NCBI GenBank assembly: GCA_964587195.1
Contig: CAZPKN010000003.1
Span: forward strand, 1-61,277
Origin: an uncultured Gammaproteobacteria bacterium
GTDB taxonomy: Bacteria; Patescibacteriota; Patescibacteriia; Patescibacteriales; UBA12465
Direction: 5' to 3'
DNA: 61,277 nucleotides
Notes under the pieces: model-generated
The model's input: only the letters and a program-made list of their open reading frames with translations
Told to the model about the DNA's origin: nothing
Database searches by the model: none
Program-made: the position numbers and the translations under genes
Shown here: piece after piece, positions 30,908-40,032 of the stretch
How the letters are laid out: each line of letters begins with the position of its first letter
Numbering within the stretch: the stretch's first letter is position 1

Positions 30908-30909
30908 TT

Positions 30910-31638
30910 ATGGTAGACGTGACGACCGAAAAATTCTCTGGTCCTTTAGGCTTGCTTTTGAGCTTAATAGAAAGCGAGGAAATGGATATTACCGAGATTT
31001 CTCTAGCAAAGATTGCTGATGAGTATGTTGCTTATATTCGCTCAGCCGCCGATATTGATCCTGATGAAATGGCAGATTTTTTAGTCGTAGCCGCCAAATT
31101 ACTGTTTATTAAGTCAAAAGCGCTGCTTCCATATCTTTATACCAAAGAAGATGAAGAAGAGGTTAATGATTTAGAAAGACAGCTCAGGATGTATAAAGAG
31201 TTTATTACAGCGAGTGAAAAGATTAAGGATTCTTTAGCCGCTAAGCGCTTTCAGTTTTTGCCGCCATTAATTAAAAATCGTCGTCAACAATTTAATCTGC
31301 CTGTTTTTACCGCACCCCTTAAGGTTAATCCAGATGTGCTTAAGGAGGTTTTGAATAATCTCTTAAAAGCTTTAGCCAAGAAGGTGGAAGAAAAACTGCC
31401 GGAAGCCAGGCTGGAGCCGAAAATTAATATTGAAGACAGAATCGCTTCAATTAGACAGATGTTATTTGAAAAAATAAAAGTTAATTTTTCAAAATTATTA
31501 GCCACTTCGCAAACTAAGACTGAGCTGATTGTTAATTTTTTGGCAGTTCTAGAATTAGCCAAGCAAAAAGAGCTTAACTTTGAACAGGATGAGCTGTTTG
31601 GCGAAATCCATGTTACTCGCTTTGAACATCAAAATTAG
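30910..31638 (+). CDS. scpA: Segregation and condensation protein A
   Basis: FSGPLGLLLSLI, FLVVAAKLL and FLAVLEL...QDELFGEI motifs. Confidence 0.93.
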   Translation: MVDVTTEKFSGPLGLLLSLIESEEMDITEISLAKIADEYVAYIRSAADIDPDEMADFLVVAAKLLFIKSKALLPYLYTKEDEEEVNDLERQLRMYKEFITASEKIKDSLAAKRFQFLPPLIKNRRQQFNLPVFTAPLKVNPDVLKEVLNNLLKALAKKVEEKLPEARLEPKINIEDRIASIRQMLFEKIKVNFSKLLATSQTKTELIVNFLAVLELAKQKELNFEQDELFGEIHVTRFEHQN

Positions 31639-31647
31639 TATTAATAT

Positions 31648-32193
31648 ATGTCTTTACAATCACAACTCGAATCATTATTATTTGTCGCCATTAAACCGCT
31701 ATCCGTTAAAGAACTAGCCATACTAACAAACTCTAAAACTAAAGAGGTTGAAGAAGTGCTGGAAGCATTGGGAAAAGAATATGCCGCTCGCGGAGCAGGC
31801 TTGGCGTTGATAAAAAATAACGGGCAATACCAGTTAACGACGGCGCCGGATAACGCCGCTTTAATTCAGGAATTTTTAAAGGACGAAACTAGCGGGGAAT
31901 TATCGCAGCCAAGCTTAGAGGCGCTAACTATTATCGCCTATCGCGGACCGATAGGGAAGTTAGAGTTAGAAAGGATACGCGGCGTTAATTGCAGTTTAAT
32001 TATCCGCAATCTTTTGTTGCGCGGGTTAATTGAAGAAAAATATCATAAAATGACGGATGAAAATCAGTATACAGTTACTCATGATTTTATTCGCTTTTTA
32101 GGTCTAGGCAGCTTAGAAGAATTGCCTGATTATGAAAAATTAAAAAGCAATGCCATTTTAGGAGAAGCGGCTCTTCCGGAAATTAATTTGTAA
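31648..32193 (+). CDS. scpB: Segregation and condensation protein B
   Basis: LESLLFVA and LSQPSLEALTIIAYRGP...IRGVN motifs. Confidence 0.94.
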   Translation: MSLQSQLESLLFVAIKPLSVKELAILTNSKTKEVEEVLEALGKEYAARGAGLALIKNNGQYQLTTAPDNAALIQEFLKDETSGELSQPSLEALTIIAYRGPIGKLELERIRGVNCSLIIRNLLLRGLIEEKYHKMTDENQYTVTHDFIRFLGLGSLEELPDYEKLKSNAILGEAALPEINL

Positions 32194-32197
32194 ACAA

Positions 32198-33082
32198 ATG
32201 TTCCATTTTCTGATAAATATATTTTTAACCCTAATATTAACACAAGCAGGCGGATTAGCTAACCAAACCTTGCCGATTTCTCTTGAGGCGGATTTGATTA
32301 GTTTTAATACTGAAGCGGCCGAGCTGACGCTGGCGGCTGATAAAGCGTATGTTCAGTCGCTGGATAATAGAGCCTTCTTCTACACTAAGAAAGCCGATGA
32401 GGTTCAGCCCATTGCCAGCATTACTAAGCTCATGACCGCTTTAGTTTTTTTAGATCATAATCCGGGCTGGGAAGAAGTTTATACGATTACTAAAGACGAT
32501 AGCATAGAAGGGGGGCGTTTAAATTTGTTCTTGGGCGAGAAAGTTAAAATTAAGGATATTTTAGCCACAGCTTTAATCGCTTCTGATAACGGAGCGACTT
32601 TGGCGCTAGTGAGCGCGAGCGGTCTTAGTCGGGCAGAGTTTGTTTCAGAAATGAATCTTAAAGCTAGCGCTCTCGGTTTAAAACAGACGAAGTTTTTTGA
32701 TCCGACCGGACTTGATGATGCTAACGTTTCAACTGCCAGAGAAGTAGCACTCTTAGCTAAAGAAGCCTTGCCGCGGCCAGAAATTCAAGAACTAGTCCGC
32801 CTGAAAGAATATCATTTCACAACTGAAAACGGCCGGGAGAAAAAAATCGAGTCGACTAATTATCTTTTATTTGATACGGAGGAAAATGACTTTACTGTCT
32901 TGGGAGCAAAAACGGGCTATACGGATAGAGCGGGGTATTGTTTTGTCGGGCGCTTTGCCGATAAGGATGGTCGGGAAATAATTTCGGTGGTTCTAAATAG
33001 CGATGGTCGTAATGAGCGTTTTCGTGAAAGTAAACAGCTTATCAATTGGGTTTTTAATAATTATCATTGGGCGGCCCGTTAA
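32198..33082 (+). CDS. D-Ala-D-Ala carboxypeptidase (peptidase S11)
   Basis: ASITK (SxxK), SDN and KTG motifs; N-terminal signal. Confidence 0.9.
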   Translation: MFHFLINIFLTLILTQAGGLANQTLPISLEADLISFNTEAAELTLAADKAYVQSLDNRAFFYTKKADEVQPIASITKLMTALVFLDHNPGWEEVYTITKDDSIEGGRLNLFLGEKVKIKDILATALIASDNGATLALVSASGLSRAEFVSEMNLKASALGLKQTKFFDPTGLDDANVSTAREVALLAKEALPRPEIQELVRLKEYHFTTENGREKKIESTNYLLFDTEENDFTVLGAKTGYTDRAGYCFVGRFADKDGREIISVVLNSDGRNERFRESKQLINWVFNNYHWAAR

Positions 33083-33091
33083 ATTTTATTT

Positions 33092-33607
33092 ATGACCTTA
33101 GTTAACAATTCTTATTTCCGTTTCCGTAATTGGTTTGCTTATCATTGTCCTCGTTTGTATCATCTTTGCGAGCGCAAAAAATCGGCTGTTAAATTCTTTT
33201 TAGCTGGTTGTTTTGCTGGGACGGCTAATTTAGTTTTCTTAGCCTTATTTTATGACTTGTTGAACTGGCCGATAGTTCTATCGACTAGCTTAGCCTTCAT
33301 CGCCTCATTTTTAGTTAGTTTTTCGATGCAGAAGCTTTGGACTTTCCGTAATTTTAGTAAAAAAAAGACCATAGGACAATTCAGCCTTTATATTCTCAAT
33401 GCCTTCATTACCTTAAATATCAATGGTTTCTTGATGCATTTGCTGGTTAATGAGTACGAGGTTTGGTATCTTTTTTCCCAGATTATTGTTAATGTTTCAA
33501 TAGGGATATACAATTTTTTTATTTATAGCTTTATAGTTTTTCGCAAACCAAATGAAACTGATAGTCAAAAAGAAGAGATTGGATCAGGCGCCGGAGATGT
33601 GGCTTAG
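33092..33607 (+). CDS. GtrA-family flippase-like membrane protein
   Basis: KFFLAG...VSFSMQKLWTFR...YNFF pattern, four TM segments. Confidence 0.85.
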   Translation: MTLVNNSYFRFRNWFAYHCPRLYHLCERKKSAVKFFLAGCFAGTANLVFLALFYDLLNWPIVLSTSLAFIASFLVSFSMQKLWTFRNFSKKKTIGQFSLYILNAFITLNINGFLMHLLVNEYEVWYLFSQIIVNVSIGIYNFFIYSFIVFRKPNETDSQKEEIGSGAGDVA

Positions 33608-33881
33608 ACGAGCCGGCTATGCCTTTATTCCTGAAAGGGAGGACGGCCAGCCGAGCTTTGCGCGTCGTTTTTCACGCGATTTTTATCCGCGCTTCCATAT
33701 TTATTTTGTCGAACAGAAGTCGCCGAGCGGTGAGGATTTGGTAGTTTTTAATCTACATCTCGATCAGAAGCGTCCAGGTTATGCCGGTTATAACCGCCAT
33801 AACGCCGAATATGACGGAGAGGTAGTTGAAAGGGAAATAGCTCGTTTAGAATCGCTCTTACTTCCAGATTTTTTCGCTTAA
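33552..33881 (+). CDS. Hypothetical protein upstream of dnaG
   Basis: 109-aa ORF overlapping the GtrA end; YPRFHIY...LHLDQK...HNAEYDG. Confidence 0.65.
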   Translation: MKLIVKKKRLDQAPEMWLRRAGYAFIPEREDGQPSFARRFSRDFYPRFHIYFVEQKSPSGEDLVVFNLHLDQKRPGYAGYNRHNAEYDGEVVEREIARLESLLLPDFFA

Positions 33882-33899
33882 AATTATCATTAATTAACT

Positions 33900-35717
33900 A
33901 TGGGTCAAGCCGAGGAAATAAAATCTAAATTAGACATTGTCGAAGTTATCCGAGAATATGTTCCGGTTAAAGCGGTCGGGGCTAATTTCCAAGCCTTGTG
34001 TCCTTTTCATAACGAGAAGACCCCGTCTTTTGTAATTTCGCCGGACAAACAGATTTGGCATTGTTTTGGCTGTGGTAAAGGGGGTGATGTTTTTTCCTTC
34101 GTCATGGAAAAAGAAAGTTTAAGCTTTGGCGAGACTCTGCGCCTCTTGGCTCCTAAAGCGGGCGTAGTTTTAAAATATGAAAATAAAGAAGAATATTCTA
34201 AACGTAATCGCTTATTAGATATTTTAGAATTAGCCGGTAAATATTATGCTCATGTTCTAAGCAGCTCCACCGGCCAAGCCGCTTTACGCTATTTAAAAGA
34301 CAGGCGCCTTAAAGAAGAAACAGTTAGTGATTGGCAGCTAGGTTATAGCCCAGATTCTTGGGATAGTTTATATAAATTCCTCAAAGCCCGTCCTTTAACC
34401 GGGCCTAAATATACCGATGAAGAGATTATGGCCGCCGGACTGATTATCAAAAAAGACAGGGCCAGCGGGGGAACTGGCTATTATGATCGTTTCCGCGATC
34501 GTATCATGTTTCCGATTTGGGATGTTAATAATAATTTAATTGCCTTTACGGCGCGTATTAATCCTGAGAAGGAGGCGACGGAAAAAATGGGCAAGTATAT
34601 TAATAGCCCGCAGACCGATGTTTATGATAAAAGTCGAGTATTATTTGCTCTTAATAAAGCGAAATCAGAAATTAGAAAACAGGATTTAGCGATTGTCGTT
34701 GAAGGGCAGATGGATGCGATTTCCTGCCATCAGCAGGGAATAAAGAATGTCGTTGCTTCTAGCGGCACGGCGCTGACAACTGAGCAGGTCACGCTTATTA
34801 AAAGATTTACCAGTAATGTTGCCTTAGCTTTTGATATGGATGCTGCTGGGCAAATGGCGGCTGACAGGGGGATAAAAGAAGTATTGGCTCAAGACTTGAA
34901 TTTACAGGTTATTGTTTTACCGGGAGGCAAGGATCCGGACGAATGTTTGAAGACTGATCCTGATGGCTTTAAAAAAGCTGTCGCCGAAGCTAAGCCGATG
35001 CTTGAATATTATTTTGAAAAAATCAGCACGCCGCTTGATTTAACTAAATTCGATAATAAGACTAAAGTACGTGATCAGATGTTTGCGATGATAGATTTGG
35101 TTAGTAATCAGACCGAGCAGGGGCACTGGCTTAAAAAGCTGGCCGAGGAATTAGATTTTGTTGAAGAAGATGTGCGTAGCGAATTTAAATCCTGGAAGGG
35201 AAAACAGAAAAGCGCTCCGGTTAAGCAGTCTGATAGTCCCCAAATAAAAACCGAGTATCGGTCGCGTGAAGAGAGGTTATCGGAACTGCTCCTGTCTTTA
35301 ATAATTAAATTCCCGGAATTAATAGGATATACTTTAAGCAATTTGGAGCCGGAATATCTAGCCGGCGATGAAGATGTCCGGTTTTACAAGAACCTGATTA
35401 TCTATTATAATAAGACTGCTAGTTTAGATTATGATAATTTTCGGGAGTATTTGGAAGAACAAGGCGAATCAGACGAAAAACTGCTTGATAAGCTAATCCT
35501 TTTAGGCGAAAAGGATTTTTATGATTTTGAGGCTGGTCGGGCTAAAATTGAAACTATTAAAATTATTGTTGAGCTAAAAAAATACGGTTTACAGAAGAAA
35601 ATCAAGAAATTAGAGAAAGAAATTTCTTTAGCGGAAAAAGAGGACCGCCAAGCTGATTTAGAAGTTCTAATGATAGAGCTCAAAACTTTAATGGAAGAAG
35701 TTAAAAAATTAATTTAA
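33900..35717 (+). CDS. dnaG: DNA primase
   Basis: CPFHNEKTPSF zinc finger, KYINSP, VEGQMD and DMDAAG motifs. Confidence 0.98.
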   Translation: MGQAEEIKSKLDIVEVIREYVPVKAVGANFQALCPFHNEKTPSFVISPDKQIWHCFGCGKGGDVFSFVMEKESLSFGETLRLLAPKAGVVLKYENKEEYSKRNRLLDILELAGKYYAHVLSSSTGQAALRYLKDRRLKEETVSDWQLGYSPDSWDSLYKFLKARPLTGPKYTDEEIMAAGLIIKKDRASGGTGYYDRFRDRIMFPIWDVNNNLIAFTARINPEKEATEKMGKYINSPQTDVYDKSRVLFALNKAKSEIRKQDLAIVVEGQMDAISCHQQGIKNVVASSGTALTTEQVTLIKRFTSNVALAFDMDAAGQMAADRGIKEVLAQDLNLQVIVLPGGKDPDECLKTDPDGFKKAVAEAKPMLEYYFEKISTPLDLTKFDNKTKVRDQMFAMIDLVSNQTEQGHWLKKLAEELDFVEEDVRSEFKSWKGKQKSAPVKQSDSPQIKTEYRSREERLSELLLSLIIKFPELIGYTLSNLEPEYLAGDEDVRFYKNLIIYYNKTASLDYDNFREYLEEQGESDEKLLDKLILLGEKDFYDFEAGRAKIETIKIIVELKKYGLQKKIKKLEKEISLAEKEDRQADLEVLMIELKTLMEEVKKLI

Positions 35718-35729
35718 GCTTAAATATCT

Positions 35730-37118
35730 ATGGCCATAAAAAAGCCGAAAAAAAATAGCCCTGCTTCTAAAAAGCCAGTTAAAAAACCGACTAGCAAGAA
35801 AGTCGTTGCTAAGACAGCTAAGAAAATTGTAAAAAAGACGCCGGCTAAAGTTGTTAAGAAAACAGTTAAAAAGCTTATTAAAAAAGCGCCGGTTAAAGCT
35901 GCTAAGAAGCCGGTTAAAAAAACAACAAAAAAAGTTTCGGCGAAGAAGTCGACCTTGAAATTAGTTAAAGTTGTTAAAAAAGTAAAAGAAACTGCCCCTT
36001 TGAAAGAAGTTCCTAAGCCGAGTGAGGAGGCAATGAAGCGCTTGATTGATAAGGGTCGGATGCGCGGTTTTGTGACTGAAACTGAATTATTATATCTTTT
36101 TCCGCAAATTGAGGAGTATGTTTATGAGTATGATGTTTTTTTGGGAGAGCTGCAAAAAAACGGCATCCGTATTGCTGAAGACTCGGGAAGAATTTTAGAT
36201 ATGGCTGAAAAGAAGGCCAATGAAGCTCCTTTGACCGGCAAAGCGCTTGCTCAGCAAAATGCGATGAGCGTTGACCTGTCTAAATTAAGCGCTGACTCTA
36301 TCCAGATGTATCTGAAGGAAATTGGGAAAGTTCCGCTATTATCTGGAGAAGAGGAAGTGGAGCTAGCTAAGAGAAAAGAGAAGGGTGATAAAGAGGCGGA
36401 AAAAAGAATTATTGAGGCTAACTTGCGTTTAGTTGTTTCTATCGCCAAGAAATTCGCCGGCGCTAAGGGAATGAGTCTTTTAGATTTAATTCAGGAAGGG
36501 AACATTGGTTTATTTAGAGCGGTTGAGAAATTTGAATATCGCAAAGGCTTTAAATTCTCAACTTACGCTACTTGGTGGATACGCCAGGCAATTACTCGCG
36601 CTTTAGCCGACCAGTCTAGAACGATTAGAATCCCGGTCCATATGGTCGAGACTATTAATAAATTTCAACAGGTGCAAAGAAATTTAATTCAAGAATTAGG
36701 CCGTGAACCGCTTGCCGACGAGATTGCTGCTGAGATGGGGGAAGAAATTGATAAAGTGAGATATATTATGAAGATATCTCAGGATACTATTTCTCTAGAA
36801 ACGACTATTGGCGACGATGAAGAAGATTCAACGCTAGAAGATTTTATTGAAGATGTTAAAAATGTTACCCCTGATCATGCCGCCGCCTTGCAGCTGCTGC
36901 GTGATTACGTCAAGAATATTGTTTCTCAGCTTTCGCCGCGCGAACAGAAAATTCTCGAGATGCGTTTCGGGCTCGTTGATGGCGTCGCTCATACTTTAGA
37001 AGAGGTCGGCCAGGAGTTTGAGGTTACTCGCGAACGTATTCGTCAGATCGAATCTAAGGCCTTAGAGAAGATTAGAAAGTTTAAGGGACTCGAGAAGTTA
37101 AGGGATTTTGCGGGCTAA
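35730..37118 (+). CDS. rpoD: Primary sigma70 factor with Lys-rich N-terminal extension
   Basis: [23 protein letters not shown] and [10 protein letters not shown] motifs. Confidence 0.97.
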   Translation: MAIKKPKKNSPASKKPVKKPTSKKVVAKTAKKIVKKTPAKVVKKTVKKLIKKAPVKAAKKPVKKTTKKVSAKKSTLKLVKVVKKVKETAPLKEVPKPSEEAMKRLIDKGRMRGFVTETELLYLFPQIEEYVYEYDVFLGELQKNGIRIAEDSGRILDMAEKKANEAPLTGKALAQQNAMSVDLSKLSADSIQMYLKEIGKVPLLSGEEEVELAKRKEKGDKEAEKRIIEANLRLVVSIAKKFAGAKGMSLLDLIQEGNIGLFRAVEKFEYRKGFKFSTYATWWIRQAITRALADQSRTIRIPVHMVETINKFQQVQRNLIQELGREPLADEIAAEMGEEIDKVRYIMKISQDTISLETTIGDDEEDSTLEDFIEDVKNVTPDHAAALQLLRDYVKNIVSQLSPREQKILEMRFGLVDGVAHTLEEVGQEFEVTRERIRQIESKALEKIRKFKGLEKLRDFAG

Positions 37119-37124
37119 TATTAT

Positions 37125-37598
37125 ATGGATAATGCCCATAAGATAGGAATAAGCTTTGGTCTAACTTCGGCTGTTATTACCACTCTCGGCTTAATGGCCG
37201 GCTTAGAGGCCGGCACTGGTTCCAAGGGGGCGGTAGTGGCTGGCATACTAACAATTGCCATCGCTGATGCCTTTTCTGACGCTCTAGGAGTCCACCTAGC
37301 TAAAGAATCAGAAGGTAACTTTAAATCCGGTCAAGTTTGGCAAGCAACTTTAGCCACCTTTGGCTATAAGCTGCTTTTTGCCTTAACCTTCCTAGTTCCG
37401 GCTATTTTCCTTGAATCCCCTTGGTCGCTATATGTGGCTATTGCTTGGGGAGCGCTTATCTTAACCGTCTTGAATATTAATATAGCTAAAACAAACGGCG
37501 AAAGAATTGCTAAGGTTTTAGGAGAACATCTAGGCATAGCGGCGGCTGTTGTGATAATTAGTCATCTAGCCGGAAAGGCGATTGCCAGCTTGTTTTAG
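37125..37598 (+). CDS. VIT1/CCC1-like membrane protein
   Basis: FGLTSAVITTLG and IADAFSDALG motifs. Confidence 0.8.
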   Translation: MDNAHKIGISFGLTSAVITTLGLMAGLEAGTGSKGAVVAGILTIAIADAFSDALGVHLAKESEGNFKSGQVWQATLATFGYKLLFALTFLVPAIFLESPWSLYVAIAWGALILTVLNINIAKTNGERIAKVLGEHLGIAAAVVIISHLAGKAIASLF

Positions 37599-37604
37599 GC
37601 CTTA

Positions 37605-37632
37605 TTGACAGACAGGCTGTTTCTGGTAAAAT
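37605..37632 (+). promoter_or_regulatory. Sigma70 promoter for the GIY-YIG/tRNA-Asn unit
   Basis: TTGACA-N16-TAAAAT with TGn extension. Confidence 0.65.
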
Positions 37633-37679
37633 AAGGATATAAAATGTTTTAAGACATTTTTGTTTTTTGGAGACAATTT

Positions 37680-37984
37680 AATATTCCCGGGCACCTGCCT
37701 GCCCTGCCTACCGGCAGGCAGGCGGCAGGCAGGGCGCAATTATAATGTATTTTGTTTACGCCATTCAAAGTTCAAAGGATAGCAGAATATATGTAGGTTT
37801 GAGTTGTGATTATGTCAGAAGAATAAATGAACATAATTTAGGTAGAACTCAATCTACTAAGCCCTATAGACCCTGGGTATTAGTATATTCTGAGCAGTGC
37901 AATTCTAGAAGAGAGGCGAGAAAAAGAGAAAAATATTTCAAGAGTGGTTGTGGTAAAGAGTTTTTAAAATCAAATATTCCCGGG
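37680..37984 (+). mobile_element. 293-bp GIY-YIG/palindrome cassette between 12-bp direct repeats of the tRNA 5' end
   Basis: AATATTCCCGGG at 37680-37691 and 37973-37984 flanks a nested palindrome and a GIY-YIG ORF. Confidence 0.6.
37694..37733. repeat. Nested 20-nt palindromic unit
   Basis: CCTGCCTGC[CCTGCCTACCGGCAGGCAGG]CGGCAGGCAGG. Confidence 0.85.
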
Positions 37985-37987
37985 TAG
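37745..37987 (+). CDS. Small GIY-YIG nuclease
   Basis: YFVYAI...IYVG...RRINEHN...EARKRE; the stop codon lies inside the tRNA. Confidence 0.9.
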   Translation: MYFVYAIQSSKDSRIYVGLSCDYVRRINEHNLGRTQSTKPYRPWVLVYSEQCNSRREARKREKYFKSGCGKEFLKSNIPG

Positions 37988-38052
37988 CGCAGCGGTAGCG
38001 CAGTTGGCTGTTAACCAATTGGTCGTGGGTTCGAATCCCACCCCGGGAGCCA
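37978..38052 (+). tRNA. tRNA-Asn (GTT)
   Basis: Acceptor TCCCGGG/CCCGGGA, anticodon arm GTTGG-CTGTTAA-CCAAT, T arm GTGGG-TTCGAAT-CCCAC, encoded CCA. Confidence 0.97.
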
Positions 38053-39645
38053 ACGTAGATTAAGCGAGGTTAAAGCCTCGTTTTTTCTTTTATTTTCGCC
38101 AAAATATGTCGGTTCGAACCTTGCCATTTCGGCATTAAATTTTTCGACGCTATTTCGGAGCGGAATAAGCCAATTATGATAAGAAATGCTAATGTTTTTA
38201 CCAATTATTGCTTGGTTCGAACCTAACTTCTTAATGATGTTATTTCGTGTTTCTTTGTCTCCTTTATCAAACTCTTTTCGAGCTTGAGCACAGAAAATAA
38301 AATTTTCTTTGGTAAGCTCTATTAATTCTGCCTTGCTTGGTTTTGTCTTAACTTCATTTTGGCTTAAAGCTTCAATCTCGGCTTTTAATTTAGTGCGCTC
38401 AGTTAAATAATCAGCATCGTCAAGCATTTTCTTCATTCTCATACTGTTAAGTTCAGATAGTTGATCTTCTAAATCTTTTATTTGCTTTTCTATATCTAGC
38501 TTAGCTGGTTTTTCTGTTTTATCTTCTTCTGTTTTATTCTTTTCTAAATAATCTAAGGCTAAGCTTAAAAACTGGGGATGCATTTCCAGTCTTTTAAGAT
38601 CGTTTTTAACTTGTTTTTCTAATTCTTCTTCTTGAATAGAACCTTCTTTACAGTCAATTTCTTTTTTCTTATGGGTGCAGTGATAGTAGTGATAGGTTTT
38701 AACTTCATTATCTTCTTTAATATATTTTCTTTTTCTCTCAGCGGTAATAGCACAACCACAAAAACCACAGGTAAAAGTGCCTGAGTACATAAAGTCTAGT
38801 TTTTTAACATTTCTTTTATTGCCTCTTAAGCCTAATAATTCTTGAATACGATTATAGTCTTCAAGACTGATTATCGGCTTATGTTTACCAGGGCTTTCTT
38901 TGCCGTTATAAGTGATAATACCGGCATAAAATGAACTAGTTAGCATTTTATACCAAGTACTTCGAGCCAGTGGCCTGCCGCCAGTTTTAGCCTTAGCTCT
39001 AGTTGTGTATTTCCATTCATTATTTAATTTATCGAGCACCTCTTGGGCGGTATAATTGCCAGTTAAAAAGAGCTTAAAAGCCTCTTTTAGAAGCGGTGCA
39101 CGTTTTTTATCGATAATTAGTGTTCTTTGACCTTTCTCAAGCCTCATATCGTTTAAATAGCCCTCAGGAGCCACTCCAGGAAGCCATCCGAGAGATACTT
39201 TCTTCTCTAAACCACGTTTTACATCCTTACCTAGTTTAGAGGAGAAATATTGAGATTGACTAAGAGCTAGTTGAAGCATCATTATACCTTCCGGAGAATT
39301 GTCAAAATTATATGATCCGAATTTTAAGTCTTTAATAATGCCAGTACGCACCAAATAGGTAATAGTTGAGGCATCTATTTCGTTTCTTGATAATCTATCA
39401 GGATGCCAGGCAATAATACCATGCGCTTCACCCTTTCTTATCCTTTTAATCATATCAGCGAAAACTGGCCGATTGTATGGCGAAAAAGCGCTATGTTTTT
39501 CTTCCATAACTTCAACAATTTCTAAGCCGCTAAAAAACTCGCGCACTTTATCCATTTGACTTTCAATGGATAAAGCTTGTCTTTCATCGCCTTCGGTTGA
39601 TTTGCGGACATAGGCAAAATATTTAATTGGATTTTCGCTGTTCAT
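38011..39645 (-). CDS. Large serine recombinase (integrase)
   Basis: AYVRKST catalytic Ser, recombinase domain, CGFCG...YYHC zinc ribbon, coiled coil; start MNSENP at 39645; C-terminus reads through the tRNA antisense. Confidence 0.95.
   Translation of the reverse strand: MNSENPIKYFAYVRKSTEGDERQALSIESQMDKVREFFSGLEIVEVMEEKHSAFSPYNRPVFADMIKRIRKGEAHGIIAWHPDRLSRNEIDASTITYLVRTGIIKDLKFGSYNFDNSPEGIMMLQLALSQSQYFSSKLGKDVKRGLEKKVSLGWLPGVAPEGYLNDMRLEKGQRTLIIDKKRAPLLKEAFKLFLTGNYTAQEVLDKLNNEWKYTTRAKAKTGGRPLARSTWYKMLTSSFYAGIITYNGKESPGKHKPIISLEDYNRIQELLGLRGNKRNVKKLDFMYSGTFTCGFCGCAITAERKRKYIKEDNEVKTYHYYHCTHKKKEIDCKEGSIQEEELEKQVKNDLKRLEMHPQFLSLALDYLEKNKTEEDKTEKPAKLDIEKQIKDLEDQLSELNSMRMKKMLDDADYLTERTKLKAEIEALSQNEVKTKPSKAELIELTKENFIFCAQARKEFDKGDKETRNNIIKKLGSNQAIIGKNISISYHNWLIPLRNSVEKFNAEMARFEPTYFGENKRKNEALTSLNLRWLPGWDSNPRPIG
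38034..38054 (+). repeat. tRNA 3'-end direct repeat, left copy (contains the inferred attL core GAGC at 38047-38050)
   Basis: AATCCCACCCCGGGAGCCAAC, identical to 59803-59823. Confidence 0.9.
38062..38086 (+). terminator. Element-supplied terminator for tRNA-Asn
   Basis: CGAGG / CCTCG stem plus T run, lying antisense inside the recombinase CDS. Confidence 0.65.
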
Positions 39646-39808
39646 ATGATTATTTTTACATAACAAAAAGGGACGGTCCTGAGCACCCAACTAAATATCG
39701 TCAAGAAGACAATACTCGTCGGCAGAACCATCCCTTTTTGGGGGCGAGTATAAAAAAACTTCTTGACTCATTGTATTCAGTTGGGTGCTACTTATATATT
39801 ACTACATT

Positions 39809-39994
39809 TTAGATTTTTTTCAAGTTTCTATGGTATTGCTTATGCTGAGATTTAGTCATCGGCTTATAAGTCTGCTTCACTAGCCATAATAAGTCAGCCG
39901 TCTGTTTATAGGCCTCATCGTCACTTATTTCGATTTTAAAGATCTTCTGATAAAGCTTCTTGAATTCTTTCATGAAGCTTGGCGTAATCTCCAT
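39809..39994 (-). CDS. 61-aa helical protein upstream of the recombinase, possible directionality factor or regulator
   Basis: Compact ORF co-oriented between rep and the recombinase; function inferred from position only. Confidence 0.65.
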   Translation of the reverse strand: MEITPSFMKEFKKLYQKIFKIEISDDEAYKQTADLLWLVKQTYKPMTKSQHKQYHRNLKKI

Positions 39995-40032
39995 ACAAGA
40001 GCGGGAACTATGTTTATTTTACAAAGGATAAT

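Noticed and set aside
33092-33607. GtrA gene as part of the phage conversion cassette
   Set aside because: It lies among core genes 4.4 kb outside the att boundary, though it could act in trans
1003-36448. Many short antisense or overlapping ORFs in the track (e.g. 1003-1185, 6592-6942, 21604-22191, 31284-31562, 36251-36448)
   Set aside because: Shadow frames of well-conserved genes with no motifs or independent signals
37978-38052. Intron in tRNA-Asn
   Set aside because: The gene folds as an uninterrupted 75-nt cloverleaf
38111-38222. Two GGTTCGAACC palindromes in the recombinase 3' end as core att motifs
   Set aside because: They lie 60 and about 160 nt from the crossover, too far for standard serine-integrase half-sites; accessory binding cannot be judged from sequence
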